Part shown: in pieces, positions 62,653 to 64,000 of the stretch | Layout: the number at the start of each line of letters is the position of its first letter | How positions within the stretch are numbered: position 1 is the stretch's first letter | NCBI GenBank assembly: GCA_001938485.1 | Contig: MQRK01220805.1 | Location: 74,757 to 138,756, forward strand | DNA length: 64,000 nucleotides | Source: Girardia tigrina | Taxonomy: Eukaryota | Reading direction: 5' to 3' | Program-made: the position numbers and the translations under genes | The notes under the pieces: generated by a model | What the model was told of the DNA's origin: nothing | What the model saw: only the letters and a program-made list of their open reading frames with translations | Database searches by the model: none

Positions 62653-63297
62653 ATGGTAAATATTACGGAAGCGTCCAATTGGATTTTCACGAAAGAAAAA
62701 TTATTGGAATTTTGTACGAAAGCGAACCAGGACTCGAAATCTGAACTCGTCAAATTGTTATCGAATGAACAAATGAGTCTGTGTATTGACGAACACGAAA
62801 AATCGGAAGTCGTTTCTGTTTCTCAACATGATTTGACATTTCTATCGGAAATTCGTGCCGCCGCTGCCGATCCAAGTGTAAGGAGTGTCGGTGACGTATT
62901 TCCGCCGGTTCTTCCTCGCCCACGCGGTAATGGACTTCCACCCGCGCGAGATCATCGTCACTGTCATCTACATCGCGTGTAAGGTGCTCGAGTTTCCCGT
63001 GTCCATGGAAGCCTTCATCAAGAACATCCCAAAGAACAACGACAAGTACCATTTGTACATCTTCCACTTCGAACTCTTCTTTCTCGAGCGGCTCCACTTC
63101 GATCTGTGAGTCTACACGCCGTACGAGCCGTTCAAGACGCTCTTTGTCGCCTGGCGTACCTTCCTCGTCGACCGCAACGCTCTGCGCCAACAGATCCCAC
63201 TTTTGATACCAACGTATTACGGAAGCGAGTTAATAAGACCGAAGTATCTTATCACCTCGATTACATAATCTCTGGAAAAATAAAAAGATCAAAGTAA
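62653..63297 (+). pseudogene. CCNH: Cyclin H pseudogene (intronless, one frameshift and two stops)
   Basis: SNWIFTKEKL...; FYRKFVPPLPIQV*GVSVTYFRRFFLAHAVMDFHPREIIVTVIYIACKVLEFPVS...FELFFLERLHFDL*VYTPYEPF matches the cyclin H box (YFKRFYL..SVMEYHP...LACKVDEF...HNPYRPF). Confidence 0.85.
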
Positions 63298-64000
63298 TAA
63301 ACCAATCTATAGAGTAATAATTATATTAACACTCTAACTACGAAACGGAAGGAATAAGGACAAAAAATAGAATACTATAGATCACAATAAAAAGAAAAGG
63401 TCAGTCAAGGGATTGTTAAATTATCTAAATTAATCAAATTACTTTTCGTTGATCGTCAACGAAATAGTCGATGGTTGGCTAGTTTGATGAATCAGTGAAT
63501 GACAATATATTAGTGATTTCTTTTATTGATACTTGTAAGACTGTTTCTTATTTTGTTGGAAATTTATTTGAAATTGTAAAAAGAATTTTATCACTCGGAA
63601 ATCCGGTATTTCTTTTTCGTTGGATAAGAAAACTTTTGTTGGATAGATGTTGAGATTGGAAGAAGAATTTCTTTTTCTGTCTGTTGGTAAGGTTAATTAT
63701 TTTTTTTCAAATTGATTATGATATTATTTTGGCCTGGAAACTCGAATAATATTTCTTGGATTCAATTTAATATTACTTTATAATATTTCTGATCGATTTC
63801 TTGATCAGATTTTAAATTTAAATATTTTGCTAATAGCAATATTTTAATTATTTCTATTCAGCATTAATCACCGCAAAAATGCCGTCCGGACAATCCGACG
63901 AAACACTGCAACAGATTATAAGGTGCCGGCATTGCAATTGTAGTGGTCTGCTGCCTGATCATGTATTACTGCTCGTTATCCTCTATTTGATTATCAAGAA

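Noticed and set aside
62750-63190. 146-aa minus-strand ORF
   Set aside because: Antisense shadow of the GC3-rich cyclin H frame.
62653-63297. Stop-codon reassignment to explain in-frame stops in gene relics
   Set aside because: The reconstructed host exons have no in-frame stops, and the relics also contain frameshifts and mixed TAA/TAG/TGA stops.

Overview
Very AT-rich eukaryotic DNA, probably from an invertebrate animal; the organism cannot be named from sequence alone. The backbone is one large minus-strand host gene, reconstructed by hand from GT-AG boundaries and codon-phase matching. It starts at ATG 59019 and runs to at least 5471, possibly ~800, with about 25-30 short exons encoding a coiled-coil-rich protein of unknown identity. 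Its introns are bimodal: 36-70 bp, or multi-kb and packed with transposons. Elements in and beside the gene include Tc1, IS630-like Tc1, several mariners, a maT-like element with DD45D spacing, pogo/Tigger, Tc2-like pogo, hAT (Buster and Tip100 types plus MITEs), Chapaev3, Zator, piggyBac MITEs, a MULE-like MITE, a long foldback with a 7-bp TSD, a 2.3-kb deleted Gypsy with 105-bp AGT...ACT LTRs, and four Penelope-like (GIY-YIG) remnants. The strongest non-coding signal is five copies of a minimal type-I hammerhead ribozyme (CTGAnGA-T-stem II-GAAA-palindromic stem III) in the Penelope terminal repeats, with compensatory stem changes and an upstream TATATAA. A GC-rich intronless cyclin H pseudogene and a few orphan GC-rich coding-like islands are also present. 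All coordinates were read by eye and may be off by a few bases.
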